A stretch of 64,000 nucleotides of DNA, taken from positions 18,662,001-18,726,000 of the forward strand of contig OX597836.1 in NCBI GenBank assembly GCA_951406725.2. The letters run 5' to 3'. Made by a program: the position numbers and the translations under genes. This DNA is from Octopus vulgaris (lineage: Eukaryota). Below are positions 26,475 to 41,493 of this stretch, piece after piece. The stretch's first letter is position 1; the number at the start of each line of letters is the position of its first letter. The notes under the pieces were generated by a model that saw only the letters and a program-made list of their open reading frames with translations, did no database searches and had not been told where the DNA came from.

Positions 26475-26703
26475 TATGTGTGTGTGTGTCTATGTGTGGG
26501 TGTCTTTGCTTCTGTGTTTGTCCATCTACCACCGCTTGACAACCGTTCTTAGTGTGTTCATATCCCAGTAACACAGAGTTTCGGCGTAGGAAACCGAAGG
26601 AATAAACACTAGGCTTTCAAAACAATATTCCTTGCAAGGCGGTGCCCTAACATGGCCGGAGTCAAATAATTGAAACAATTATAAGATAAAAGATAAGATA
26701 AAA
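26475..26703 (+). mobile_element. Diverged SINE family B 3' half with (ataaaag)n tail
   Basis: cgcttgacaaccg...aaggcggtgccctaacatggcc. Confidence 0.75.
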
Positions 26704-27879
26704 GTTTCGATGAAACTTTTTGGACAATTTAGGCAATATTTGGTCAAAAGGTAAAACCAACAAGCATGTTTTGGCTTTATGAGAACTCATCGGCGAAACA
26801 TATTTATTCAGTCGGTAAAACTATGAGTGACCAATATAGATGTGGCGTAATGTAATGATGCTGATGATGACTAGCAACAGTATGGCCGGGAGAAAGCACC
26901 AGTGCGGAAGGAACATACGGGACTGGAAAGAATCATACGTAACACAAGAATTGTTCTGCAAAGAATTACATTAATTAGCCATTGCAATGCACTGATTGTT
27001 AATTAAGGAATTGAGAACGCATTCGAAAAAGACCTGGTGGCTATCTAAACTGACTCGACGCACCTAAAATCCGTATATACGACTCTATGCGTATGCACAG
27101 ACAATATATACGAATACCAATGTACGTGCATATATATATATATATATATATACATACACATACATGTATTTAATCATATATGTACAGACATACATGCATG
27201 TATATATATATATATATATATGTCTGTATACATGTATGCGTGTATGTATGTACATATATATGTGTGTGTATGTGTATATTAGCATACATACGCATATACA
27301 CATGCACATACATATACACAGAAATATGCACATGTATGTTGTTCTACAGTTATATAGGTTGTCTGCTAGGGTATATAAGGTGTGTGTACTATTATACACA
27401 CTCATACATATGTGTATATATGTGTGTGTGTGTGTGTGCAAATATATATATATATGTGTATATATATATATGGGTATATATATGTATATATATATATATA
27501 TATATGAGTGTGTATATATATATATATGTGTGTGTGTGTGTTCATATATGTGTATATGTAAATATGTGTGTATGTATGCATGTATGTATATATGTATGCA
27601 TGTACACACAGGTAGATATCGAACAGTGAGAATGAGTGCTCAAGACCTCATTGGTGTGTAAGTATTCTTTGTTTTTCGGTTAACCAGGCTACCGTTGCTT
27701 CCGTGTTAAGAGAGATACACTTCTTAATAATTATCGAGCCATTGAGTTAGAATAACATGAACGAAAAAGCACAATGATGATGATGAGGATGGCGTTGACG
27801 ATGAGGTGCAGGACGAAGAGAGGAAGACGATAGCAATAGTCTTTATTTTTACTGTTTTTGAAAGGGTTTGGTACTGCTC

Positions 27880-27956
27880 TTGCTACTACTACTACTACAA
27901 CTACAACTACTACAACTACAACTACTACTACTACAACTACTACTACTACTACAACA

Positions 27957-28012
<56 letters not shown>

Positions 28013-28062
28013 AACTACTACTACTACTACTACTACTATTACTACTACTATTACTACTACTA
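27880..28062. repeat. (ACT/ACA)n microsatellite
   Basis: Direct reading. Confidence 0.95.
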
Positions 28063-28125
28063 CATAAGTGTGTGCGTACGTGTATATATGTGTTGAGTAC
28101 ACTTCTTTCGTTTGTCCACTCTCTC

Positions 28126-28214
<89 letters not shown>

Positions 28215-28428
28215 CGTATACATATATTTATATATACCTATGCATATAGATATATACACGTATACATATATATATATATACACAAATATACATATACATA
28301 TATGCACGAATATATGTATATATGTGCATATAAATATATGTGCACATATACATATAGATTATATACATATATATGTTCGTAAATATGCATGTTTATATAT
28401 ATATACATATGTATGTTTGTATGTATAT

Positions 28429-28491
<63 letters not shown>

Positions 28492-28636
28492 TATATATGT
28501 ATATACATATGTATATATGTATATAGGTGGATATATGGCTGGTGGGCGGCCATATGTATGTATGTGTTTATATATATATATATTTATATAAACACGCTCA
28601 TACATACATACATACATACATACATACATACATACA

Positions 28637-28667
<31 letters not shown>

Positions 28668-29078
28668 GGCGGCCCACTAACCATCCCCTCCACCTGTCCA
28701 ACAGAAGCAGTAGTGATAATCATTAGATTTCTATACAAGTCAAAACAGCTCTCGGGTATAAAACATCTGATAGATTTATTTGTTAAATTATACCTCGACA
28801 GAACATTCTCGAAAATTGTTCTTTACTCCATCAATTCAAGTGATTTCTCTTGTAAATTGTATAGATCTATGTGGATGTGTGAAGGAGGAGCATTTGGGTG
28901 GAGTGTGGCGGAACGTTCCGAAATGTGGCGGAGTATGGCGGAGAGTAGTAGAGTGTGGCGCAATATAACAGGGTGTTTAGCATTTTATTCCGACATTGGA
29001 TTTTTGTTTGTCTTTTATTTCTATATATAAATGTTTGTCTTTATTTCATCTTGATAATTTATTGTGAATGTTGCTGTT

Positions 29079-29117
<39 letters not shown>

Positions 29118-29319
29118 CGGATTATTACTTTTGGTTTCCTTTTGGTTATGTGTGTTGTATTATCTGGATTTATTAATACTTTTTTCAATATTATATGTAT
29201 AAGTATGATTTATAAATATATTATTTTTGTATACGTATGTATATGTATATGTGTGTACATGTATGTATATATCTATGCATGTATACATATGTATAAGCAC
29301 ACGTATATATGTATGTATG

Positions 29320-29371
<52 letters not shown>

Positions 29372-29442
29372 CATATAGATGTGTATATATACATATATAT
29401 GTATATATAAATATATAAATATATATATATATATACACACAC

Positions 29443-29528
<86 letters not shown>

Positions 29529-29665
29529 AGATATATATGCGTATTTATACACATAAATGTGTATGTATATATATATGATTCTGTGAGTGCAGTGTGTATG
29601 TAAAACGTCTTAAATTATTTATAAACACATTATATATGCATATATATTTGAATATTTACACACAC

Positions 29666-29701
<36 letters not shown>

Positions 29702-30426
29702 CAACAATCATATCCGTGTGTGTGGGTGAGTGGGAGGGGTACTGCATTGCATTGTATCAAATTATATTTACTTTAGTTTGTTTGTAGGTCTTTTTAAATA
29801 GATCGGATATAAGCTACTCTGTTGCTACTTGAAATGAATATTAAAAATTGTTGCAATTCAATACCTTGTTATATACGTGCTTTGTTTTTGTTACCAGAGG
29901 ATATCTGTGTGTATACACGTGTATGCATGTGTATTTTTCTCTGCGTGTGTGTGTGTGTATATGTGTGTGTATATATATGTAGGTGTATGTATTTTCTCTG
30001 AACGTAACGCACAAGCCATTCAAGTTTTCGTGTGTGTGTGCGTGCGCACGCCCGCTCGCGCGTGTATATGTGTGTTTGAAATGAGAGAGAACACATATAA
30101 ATACTTCTATATTCATGCATAAACGAGACACAGGGAACGTTAGTTGGAGACATACATATTTAATGTATGTTTGTGTGTGTGCGTATGTGCGGAGCAAACG
30201 AGCGAGCGAGAGAGAGAGAGAGAGAGAGAGAGAGTGAGAGAGGGGGGACACTTGTGTACAGAAATACAATAAGAGACAGCAAGAGAAAGAGGGCTGAAAG
30301 GGATAATGAACGAGAAAGAGAGAAAGAGAGACAGTCGTGATAAGACACTGGGTTAGATATGTTTATATGTAAGTGTCTATATTTTCATTTCCACCTCAAT
30401 ACATATATATGTCTGCAAATATGCAT

Positions 30427-30499
<73 letters not shown>

Positions 30500-30608
30500 C
30501 ATACATACAAACACACGTATGTATAATTATATATATGTTTATATATCTATATATATACATACATACATTATACACACTCACACGCACATACACACACATA
30601 CACCCACA

Positions 30609-30645
<37 letters not shown>

Positions 30646-31595
30646 ACGTATTAAGTACTCCGTTTCCGGTCTTATGTGCCCGAAAGATTAATGCTCAGAG
30701 TAGCAACTGGTATATAATCTGCTTTCAATCTTTGTTATTACATTCCACCATTTTGAATACGTTTTTCGATTAATTTATTTCCAGTCAATACGAAGCCACA
30801 AACGTCTATACACACACACACACACATACCATTCACTGAAGATTTAAATGTATGTGTGTGTGTGTGTGTATGTATGTGTGCGTGTATGTATGGGAAAATT
30901 TCATTTCGTAATAATTTTTGTTGCTACACAGTGTTCGCTAGAGAAAAGCAAAGTGTTAAAGTGTTCTTTAAAGCTACATATCGTGTATTAAGTGCTGCTG
31001 TACATCTTCAATTAAAGGTTATATTCATTACATATGTTTATATGTTTATTCCTTTACGAAATCCATAACAGCAACATGTATAACTACACCAACAACAAAA
31101 AACAAAAAGTCTGAGAGCTTCAGAACGAAAAAGGAAGTAATATCAATGAATTCTAAAGAACTAAACACGAGTAAGAAATGGCTTTTAGAATTATCTGTAT
31201 ACGGTATTTGTTTTCATAAATTATTACTTCTCAGACGTGTATAATATTTGTAATAGAGTTTATATAATATCATAATATAAAATTTTATGTCGTGTTTATT
31301 AATATAACGTAGGTGTTGGTTAATAATTTTTAATAAATTCTTTGCATGATGTATGAATGGTTGGCTTAATGCGTTCAAAATCATATTTATTGAATAGATC
31401 AGCGAATGGAAGAGGGAAAAAGATGTGTGGCATGTAAGGACGAGCATATACGCAAGCACATATACACATGAATGCATAAACAAACAGGTGCACATATACA
31501 TATACACACACACATATATACACACATACACGCACGTATATTTTGGTAAATTTGGTATAATGAATTTGGTATAGAAAATCCAATACATAAGGTAG

Positions 31596-31638
<43 letters not shown>

Positions 31639-31871
31639 TTGGTTTGAAATATTTTATAGAATTCAAAGCACATCAACACGTACGACACTGAAAAGAGCAG
31701 GTACAATAACATAAAGCTCATAGACAGGTAAACAACATTTAATACCTCAGGTGTTACTAAGATACTGTAGATATGCAGGTACCAATTCCAGTTCAAGCCG
31801 TAGTTCCGACTCTGGTGTTGGTTCTTGATGTGAAGTAGTTATAAAAGTGAACACAAATGCCGTTTAAAATT

Positions 31872-31928
<57 letters not shown>

Positions 31929-32040
31929 TGTACATATATGATGGACTCGCCCGTCGAAGACAATGTATGAGTGTTCAGCTTTTGCTGGATGATTTGCACT
32001 AATGATTTGTTTACAGTAATCAAAGATACGTATTGTACGT

Positions 32041-32197
32041 AGGAGTGGCTGTGTGGTAAGTAGCTTGGTTACCAACCACATGGTTCCGGGTTCACTCCCA
32101 CTGCGTAGTACCTTGGGCAAGTGTCTTCTGCTATAGCCTCGGGCTGACCAAAGCCTTGTGAGTGGATTTGGTAGATGGAAACTGAAAGAAGCCCCTC

Positions 32198-32232
<35 letters not shown>

Positions 32233-32455
32233 TGCGTGTATGTGTTTGTGTGTCTGTGTTTGTCCCCACCCTCCAACATCGCTTGACTAACCGATGCTGG
32301 TGTGTTTACGTCCCCGTAACTTAGCGGTTCGGCAAAAGAGTCCGATAGAATAAGTACTAAAGCTTACAAAGAATAAGTCCTGGGGTCGGTTTGGTCGACT
32401 AAAGGCGATGCTCCAGCATGGCCACAGTCAAATGACTGAAACAAGTAAAAGAGTA
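32041..32455 (+). mobile_element. SINE family B, full length
   Basis: aggagtggctgtgtggtaag...actgaaacaagtaaaagag. Confidence 0.92.
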
Positions 32456-33892
32456 ACTCATTATCTTCATCAAATCGTCGTTTTATGAACAGGTGTATGA
32501 CATAGCACACATCAGGTGTCAAAGTGATCACAGAGCAATGTGAGATGAAGAGTTTTGCTCAACAAAACAACGCGTCAACGGGTCTACGAATTGAAATCAC
32601 GATCTCCCAATCGTGAGTGCCACCCATTGACCATTAGGCCATATGTCCTCTCTCAAACACACACACACACATCATTATGTTTATAAACATAAATAGCGTT
32701 TAAATCTATAAGTTTTAAATGCCATTAGTGTCTTCTTTTATCTTTCTCTCTCTCTCTTTCTGTATATATATATATAGAGAGAGAGAGAGCGGAAGGTCGG
32801 GAGGGAGAGAGTGGGAGAGAGGTGCATACACACGCACACATACGCACGCACACACACACACTCACTCACATAATATATACACACACACAGTACACACAAA
32901 CACACTCACCCATATACCTATACATGTCCACGTGAACGTATATATGTATATATAGCCCAATTACATGCTAGAAGGTGAAGCATGCGCAATGATATTCCTT
33001 TCAGGATTTCGACTCCAAAATACTCGTATCCAATAAATCGGTTCATTGCAGCTGTCAAGTTAAGCCATTGATACTTTGAATCTAGGTTCAACGATTGCAT
33101 TTGAAACTCAAGTTCAATGTTGAAACTCAAGCTCAACTCTGAACTTTGAAACGTGATACAAAACTCAAACCAACAATTTATCCTAATGTGTTAACGATTA
33201 GAGGTCTTTAAGATATGGTTGTCTACCCCTCTACATTCGAATGATGAGGACAAGTCGCGAGAGATTATGTACAGTTGAAAAAAAAGGACTAAAATTGAAT
33301 AACATTCAGCATTTCAGGCATATATCTCTACAATATTATTGAGTACTCTATTGCTGTTCATTTAATTTAATTTCAATATAAATATACATAAATATATACA
33401 GAATTTGACTTAACTATCAGCAACAGAGTGATAGCACTGATGTGCTTTAATTTCAAGCAACATTGATTTGCCTGTATAATACCCTCGTTCGCTATGGGGC
33501 GGTTAACTCCCCCGTCAGTGTATAGACTTGTGTTATGTTTCTGGCTATGAGGATCTTTGACGCATATTTCTAGCAATATAGGTGCTACCATGCACCCTTA
33601 GTCACTATTAGTAACAATTGAACATTTCCCTTTTGGTTTTATAATGTGTTTAGCTACCTTTATTATTTTATGCTAAGATCTTACATACTCTTTGTATCTA
33701 AAGAGGTTTTTAACAAAGTATTTACAAGCCACCAATTCAAACCCTATTTGTTTCGAGACCAACCATTTCAGTACATATATATACATGTATACACATGTAT
33801 GTATATAATATAAATATAATAAACATATGAACTGGAAAGCAAGCCTGACAGACACAGATGAATAGATGGATAGATACTGCCTAAAACTAAAC

Positions 33893-33946
<54 letters not shown>

Positions 33947-34036
33947 AGTACCTGTATGCAAACAGATGCAAACACACACACATTCTTATATACATATCTA
34001 CATAATTTTGTATCCTAATTTTTATGTATATATATG

Positions 34037-34105
<69 letters not shown>

Positions 34106-34187
34106 AGTGTGTATGTGTGTGTATTTGTACGTGTTTGTGTACGTATGTATGTAAACATCTCTGTTATGGTCCTATTTGTTTAGCAAT

Positions 34188-34240
<53 letters not shown>

Positions 34241-35096
34241 AATGTATGGGTGTGTATTTAAGCCCGTTTTTGAAGCAATTAAACTTCTATGCGCCTCTTT
34301 TCCACACCGTATTCCATAATGACGTATTTAATCGTCACATTCAATGGTTTTACCATATTTACAGCGTAAGTCTTTTAATCTTCTCAACACACCTCCTTCA
34401 GTTCCTTGTACATCATTCTTATTAAAAATACGCAGCAGTGAGTGTGGATATGAAGGGGAGGTAATTAGCTTAGCAGTTGTTTGTTTTGATGCATTCAGAA
34501 CTGGAGGTGTGTTGGTGACGAACGCCATCGTTTTAGCCGCGTATTTGTTTATATTCCTTTTCTCTTTTTCCATGTATGTGTGTGTGTGCCCGCTCACACG
34601 TGTGTGTGTATATAAATGGATGGATGTACACATTTATGAATATATTATATATATATATATATGAACAGGCACCAATAATTACAATCATAGCAGAATGATC
34701 AATTTAGTTTTGCAGATACTGTCATAGATTACCATACATAAATATTTACATATGCATGCATGTATAAAGGTATGGTTATACCTATTCACAGGCGCGCACC
34801 AACACACACACACACATATTAATATGTATGACGTACGCGCGCGCGAGAGTGTGTGTTTGTGCGTGTGTGTGAGTTCACACGCTGACACTTGCTTCGCAAT
34901 CCATGTTTGCATATATGTAATCACACACGTGTATACACAGATTTGCCAGAATATTTTTATGGAATGCATTTTTCTAAACACGATTTCAAATAATGAAAGA
35001 GAGCATACACATACACACACATACATGTATATATAGAAGTTTAAAAACGCAGGTCCTTCCTTACGGGATGACTTCAAATGAAGTAGAACAGACTAT

Positions 35097-36011
35097 GGAT
35101 CTTTTCAATATCGTGGCCAGGACCCCAGATCTTTCTAGTTAACTAAATAATTTGAAACTTCGTGTACTCATAGAGTGTCTCAAAACAAATCGCCAGTTGG
35201 AACTAGTTTATTTGAGAAAAATCTATTTTATGACTTTAATCGTAGATTAAAACTGCGAATTGTAACCAATGAGATTGCTTGTTTTCATATCTAAAACGTT
35301 ACTGCGATCTGTTAGTGTGACGTTGAAAGCAGTTTTGTGACGTAGTCTGGTTATTTTCTTATGTTGAAGACGGCTTATAAGCACGTGTGTTGTCTGTTTT
35401 TCAACGTAACGGCAGACGAAATACGGCTACGCATTTCGCCCGGCGTGCTAACGTTTCTGCCAGCTCTTTGCTTTTTTAATATTAAATTTCTTGCCTTTTG
35501 CACAAATAAATACAATAAGTGAAATGAAACGCATTAGCTTAGAAACGAAATCTTGTTAGAAGCCTCGTCACTGAGATGCCACTTCTTAATAGCAAACGAA
35601 AGCAAGTACTAACAGAATGGAAACATTTTCAATTTAATACATGTGGCTTATTAACTAGTTTTAAATATTGTTATTAGAAGGTGGCTGACTATAGGATCCT
35701 GGAAACATGAGTACGTTAAATAATAAGAAGGAGATTTCACGGATACATGCGGTTTGTTTACATTTAAGATGTTTAATACGTCACCAAATTGGTGGTCGAG
35801 ACGGAGTAAATAAAATAAAGCCGAATGACGGAATATCATTGGTTAAAATTCTAATTATTAAACAACGTTAAACTTAGAAGTTACAATTCCGTTTTCATTC
35901 TGGTTTACAATTAAATTTACTTTTGACACATTCTACCAGTATACGAAGTTTCAAATTGTTTGGTTCAGTAGGAAAAATTTGAAAAAACTGGCTTCAGAAT
36001 TGAAAAGATCC
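35097..36011. mobile_element. Non-autonomous DNA transposon (MITE) with long diverged TIRs and 8-bp TSD
   Basis: Perfect terminal GGATCTTTTCAAT / ATTGAAAAGATCC, imperfect IR for ~100 bp (aatttgaaacttcgt / acgaagtttcaaatt); TSD cagactat at 35089-35096 and 36012-36019; contains a D-SINE fragment at ~35401-35465. Confidence 0.8.
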
Positions 36012-36162
36012 CAGACTATATACACACACACAGGTAGAATGAAATGGAAAGAGAAATAAAGTGAAATATCCGTTTCTATTTCATTCCTATGTATTTATAT
36101 ATATGTATAAGTATTCCTCTACGCATTAGTATATATACTAGGCAATAGCAGTGGTTAGAGCC

Positions 36163-36445
36163 GACTTACAAAGAATAAGTCCTGGGGTCAGTTTGGTATC
36201 CGAGAAACTACTTAGGTGCACGTGTCTGTGGAGTGCTCAGCCACTTACACGTTAATTTCACGAGCAGGCTGTTCCGTTGCTTCGGATCAACCGGAACCGT
36301 CGTCGTCGTAACCGACGGAGTGCTTCCAAGTATATAGACTAGGCTTACAAAGAATAAGTCCTGGGTCGGTTTGGTCGACTTAAGGTGGTGCTCCAGCATG
36401 GCCACAGTCAAATAACTGAAACAAGTAAAAGAGTAAAAGAGTAAC
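36163..36445 (+). mobile_element. Composite: SINE B 3' end interrupted by a SINE A 3' tail fragment
   Basis: A tail at ~36198-36326, flanked by duplicated cttacaaagaataagtcctggg.tc.gtttggt. Confidence 0.75.
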
Positions 36446-36473
36446 TCATTCTCTCCATCAAATCGACGTTGTA

Positions 36474-36530
<57 letters not shown>

Positions 36531-36534
<4 letters not shown>

Positions 36535-36690
36535 GAAAATAATATAAAAGGGAAGCGATAAACGCAGGTGGAATATAAACAAACAATTGTATTAGTATGG
36601 CGCTCAGGAATATAAATAAAACAAGCCTTTTACGTTTCGAGCCTACGCTCTTCAACAGAAAGATACACAGAAAAGAAACACGGAGAGATA
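36531..36690 (-). mobile_element. Family E hammerhead-bearing element (partial)
   Basis: ttttacgtttcgagcctacgctcttcaacagaaag; adjacent to (TA)n. Confidence 0.75.
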
Positions 36691-36848
36691 CAGAGAGAGG
36701 GAGGGAGAGAGAGAGAGAAAATAGATAGAAAGAGCGAGAGATAATGTAAAAAAAAGTATGTATGTGGGCTTAGATATATTCCATTTCACAATCTCAGAAA
36801 TCTCTCTCCCTCTCTGTCACTTTTTCTTTATCTCTCTCTCTCTCTGTG

Positions 36849-37016
<168 letters not shown>

Positions 37017-37460
37017 TGTATGTATGTATACCAATATGCATGAGCGTCTGTGTGTACGTGTGAGGGTCTGAGAGTGTGAATATGTGCTCTTCAACTTTAC
37101 TTTATGTGTATATAATTTGGAAAGGTATTTATCTACAGTAATTTTCGTTAAGCTTAAATCTTTAATTTCTAATTCTTCTTAAAACAATTCAGGCAAAGAA
37201 TATTTTTGCTTTCGATTTTGTTGTGTGTGAATGTGTGTATGTGTGTGTGTGTGTGACTGTGTTCGTGTGTGTACGTATGTATTTACGTATGTATGATGTA
37301 TGTATGTATAAGTACATATATGTGTGTGTGTGTGTGTGTGTGTGTAAGTATGTATGTATCTATACATATGTATGTATACCTATAAACATATATATGATTG
37401 TACGTATGCATACTTATATATATGTATACATATGTATATATATGTATGTAACTATATAAG

Positions 37461-37503
<43 letters not shown>

Positions 37504-37534
37504 ATATTTATGTATGTTTTTATATAAATATATA

Positions 37535-38085
37535 CTCTTTACTCTTTTACTTGTTTCAATCATTTGACTGCAGCCATGCTAAAGCACAGCCTTTAGTCGA
37601 GCAAATCAACACTAGAGCTTATTCTTTGTACGCCTAGTACTTATTCTATCGGTTTCTTTTACCGAACCGCTATGTTACGTGACGTAAACACACCAGCATC
37701 GGTTAACAAGCGACACAGACACACAAACATATACATACACGTACATATACATATATATATACATATACGACGGGTTTTTTCAGTTTCCGTCTTCCAAATC
37801 CACTCATAAGTCCTGATTTAGGACGAATGTTGTTGTAATTTAGCCCCAGGAGACATTGTCTCCAGCTGACTATACGACACGATCTGTGTCCTTATATTTT
37901 CGAAGAAGGGAATCTAGCATCCCCACTTGGCTCAAAACAATATCTGTGTATCGCAATTTCCGGGTTATTTCCTTTCATCAGCACAGAATAATTGTCTGGC
38001 CCGAAGCTATAGTAGAAGACACTTGCCCAAGGTGCTGCACAGTGGAACTGAAACCCAGGACCATGTGGTTGGTAAGCAAGCTACT
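37535..38085 (-). mobile_element. SINE family B interrupted by a ~185-bp unrelated insert (~37810-37995)
   Basis: 3' half 37535-37810; head ggcccgaagctatagtagaagacacttgcccaagg resumes at ~37998. Confidence 0.8.
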
Positions 38086-38103
38086 TTATTTCATAATATT
38101 TGC

Positions 38104-38413
38104 AGACTTGGGAACTCTCCCATTCTACTGCCAATTGGCGTAAACTCCGGACAGCAGGTGCCCGAACAAGTGTGGCATACTTTTAGAGAATTCATATAAT
38201 TTTTATAGAATTCATAAGGCAGACCATCGAGACCCGGCGATTTCTCCCCGGGGCATTCGCCTAGCACCTCGATTACATCCTAGGCTGTGATTGTCCCTTC
38301 ACAGCACCCAGCCTCTCCTGCCGAAAGACGCGGGCCGCCAGACAGGAAGTCTCTAAGGGCCTCACCATGATCCAGCTTCCCGATCCTCCCGAACAACTCG
38401 GCAAAGTTCTGTA
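38104..38413 (-). mobile_element. L1/Tx1-clade LINE ORF2 fragment (pre-RT region), pseudogenised
   Basis: Manual translation: FAELFG...LRDFLSGGPRLSAGEAGCCEGTITA*DVIEVLGECPGEKSPGLDGLPYEFYK...PHLFGHLLSGVYANWQ*NGRVPKS; KSPGxDGLxxEFY motif. Confidence 0.85.
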
Positions 38414-38834
38414 AAGCCCCTCACATATCTCGTCTCGTATGTATTGAATCCTATTTTGTATTAAATCTAAATTTGATTCAACATTTTTTCCTCCTCCATT
38501 TTTCTTCTATAACGATATTTTTCAACTATATACATACATATTTACGCTTTATATCTCGTTACATAAATACACATATGTTTATAAATAAATGGCGTGTTTA
38601 AACACATACACACACACACACATAAACGTATATATATTTGTATATGCTCTATATACATATATTAATTTTATTTCCTTAGAGCTTTTGTCTCATGCCTTTT
38701 TTAATTACTGTTTAGTCATCATTTTTAATATTTTTTTTCATTAATTCATTTAATCTTTTTCTCTCGGTATGTCGTGGGTGTGAACTCTAAGTGCCGCGAG
38801 TGTTGTTTAATTAGTTCTACGTATTATATAAATA

Positions 38835-38890
<56 letters not shown>

Positions 38891-38894
38891 ATAC

Positions 38895-38991
<97 letters not shown>

Positions 38992-39364
38992 ATATATTTG
39001 CAACACACACACACACTATACACGCTCTGATTTCTTATAAACATATACAATGGTTGTTTCTCAATCACTATATAACTCACGTTGTCATGTGAAATGAGGC
39101 AATGTAAGCTTTACAATGTGTGACTACTCCGCCATTTTGTACCGCATGTATTATCATACCTTAACAGATATGCCTACGTTCATTTCTTTCTTCCTTTCTG
39201 CGTTGGACTGTCTTAGCAAACATCTAGCGGTGTTGTGAGTATACAGCATAATTGTTCAAATAACTTAAATTATTTTTTCACGAAGGAAGCTTCCTTCGTG
39301 AGAAAATGGTGTGGACGTACGCAGTTATTGCGATGGGAAGTAGGATAGATGGCCCTACCGATGA

Positions 39365-39620
39365 CTCTTTTATTATCGTTTATCTTTCACTCGCTTCAGT
39401 CATTAGACTGCTGCCATGCTGAGGCCCAACCTTGGGGAAATTTGTAATCGAAAGAAAGACCCCAGTACTTTTTTCAGCCTAGTCCTTATTCAGCCAATTA
39501 CCTTTTGCACCGGTCGCGAAGTACTTGGAACAGGGACAAACGCAAGCACGAAGACACTCACAGACATGTGTGTGAGTGTGTGTATCTGTGTGTGTGTGCG
39601 CGTGTGTGTGTGTATCTGTG

Positions 39621-39673
<53 letters not shown>

Positions 39674-40013
39674 TCTGTTTCTTTTATTCTTTTACTTGAC
39701 TGCGGCTATGCTGGACCACCGCCTTGAAGGGTTTTACTCGAAAAATAGAACCCAGGATCTTTATTATTTTTAAGCCTAGTACCTATTTTATCGGTCTCTT
39801 TTGCTGAACCGCTATGTTACGGAACCTAAACACACCAACACCGGTTATCAAGCGGTGATGGGGTGGGAAAAGCACCGACAGAATGACACACGCACAAAGG
39901 TATATATACAAACATATATATATATATATATATATACATGACACAGGGTGGGACTGAACCGAGAACCATGTGGTTGGGAAGCAAGTTTCTTACCACACAG
40001 CCACGCCAGCGCC
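39365..40013 (-). mobile_element. Two diverged SINE family B copies separated by (TG)n
   Basis: B 3' ends at ~39385 and ~39682; head gggactgaaccgagaaccatgtggttgg at ~39950. Confidence 0.75.
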
Positions 40014-40835
40014 TATATCTGAATCTCTAAAGACTTCGGCATAACCAATCGTATTCAAGATTTGCACTTTCTTATAAGGATCATTAGACTGTTACGGCCA
40101 CGCTAGGGTCCTATCTACTCGTGTAGGACCACCTACCTCGACCGTCGGGCATATACTATAGACTGATGCTTAATTGTTTGGGGTCCTAAAAAGACGGGAA
40201 ACGTAGAAGGGTTCGAGGCGCGATTTGCAGCTAGAACGTAAAAGAAGAAACCAAGTCACACAAGGTATTTCTTGTGGTACTCTATCGTGACAATGATGAG
40301 GATTTTGACGATGATGATCACAACGACAATGATGATAATGGCGACGACAACAATGATGATGATGATGATGATGATGATATTGTTGATGATGATGATGATG
40401 ATGTTACGTTACAATTGAATCATGATCCAGCAGACCTGTGCCGAGTATTTCGAACATAATGTATCTAGGTCTACATTTGCTAATGTGTGTTTCCACGTTT
40501 TGGGTTGTTTTTCTTTTTGAGGGGATTTCATTTGGGTTTCTTTTTCCTAAAACAGTAATGTGCGTAAATTTGCCATTTAAATATAGCTAACCCCTAAGGG
40601 TGGATGCTACTGTAGTTTGTAGTCCAAGGAGGACACCTCCTCCAGCTGGCTTTAGACACACTTTCTATGCCTTATCAGTGTTTGCAAAGGGAAGCCATCC
40701 TTCCCGTCTTCAACTTATGATACACACAGACTCGAGTTTCTGCGTTTTATTAGAAATTTGGCCGCAACAGAGGTGGTCGTTCTTTCCCCAACTATCCCAA
40801 TGTTACCATCATTGTTTTGAGCCGTTTATGTTTAA

Positions 40836-41060
40836 CCTTTTCGTTACCGTATTTATTTTGAGATGCTCTATGTTTCTTTCAATTATTCTGAATATAACAA
40901 AGAATTTGGTAAAATAACTTAGCAATAATTAAGCTGGTGTTAGGAACATAAATTGCGACTAAGGTTTGGTGGAAGATTTTAATTCAAAACTTATGAAAAA
41001 AAACTAGACATTTGTACTACAGAACCAGAGCCGGTTTTGGCCGGGTTGGTAATGAAAGAG
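40836..41060. mobile_element. Probable piggyBac-type MITE
   Basis: TTAA|ccttttcgttacc ... ggtaatgaaagag|tcag: imperfect 13-bp TIRs, left TTAA intact, right degenerate. Confidence 0.5.
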
Positions 41061-41442
41061 TCAGTGGGATCTTATTGTGTGATCACCTGAACATTTAAGA
41101 CAGCCGCTGCGACCGGTGAATGCTATTATGCCAACATGTATTAACAAACTCCTACACAAACGACAAGTTGATCTACGTTCTTAATGCATGCATAGTTATC
41201 AGAATCTAAGCTTTTATGTGTTTTTTTATTGTTTTCCTTTTTCTTTAATCGGAAGAAGCTTTGCTTTTTCTACATCACAGAGCCGTATACATCATCCCTT
41301 CAATATAAATGCCTCAAAACCGAAATGAAAGCGGAAACTCGCGAAACTAACAGAAAAACACGAAGCAAAACCAGGAAAAATATGAAAGAAAACAGTTTTG
41401 CTTCTGGTGTTCTTTGAATGAAATGAAGCTGTTTAAAGGCCT

Positions 41443-41493
<51 letters not shown>

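Noticed and set aside
26762-26795. catgttttggc...ctcatcgg as another hammerhead relic on the minus strand
   Set aside because: GAAA is mutated and stems do not pair convincingly.
31790-31870. Short minus-strand open frame as a host exon (HQEPTPESELRLELELV)
   Set aside because: No recognisable homology and no convincing splice-site pair.
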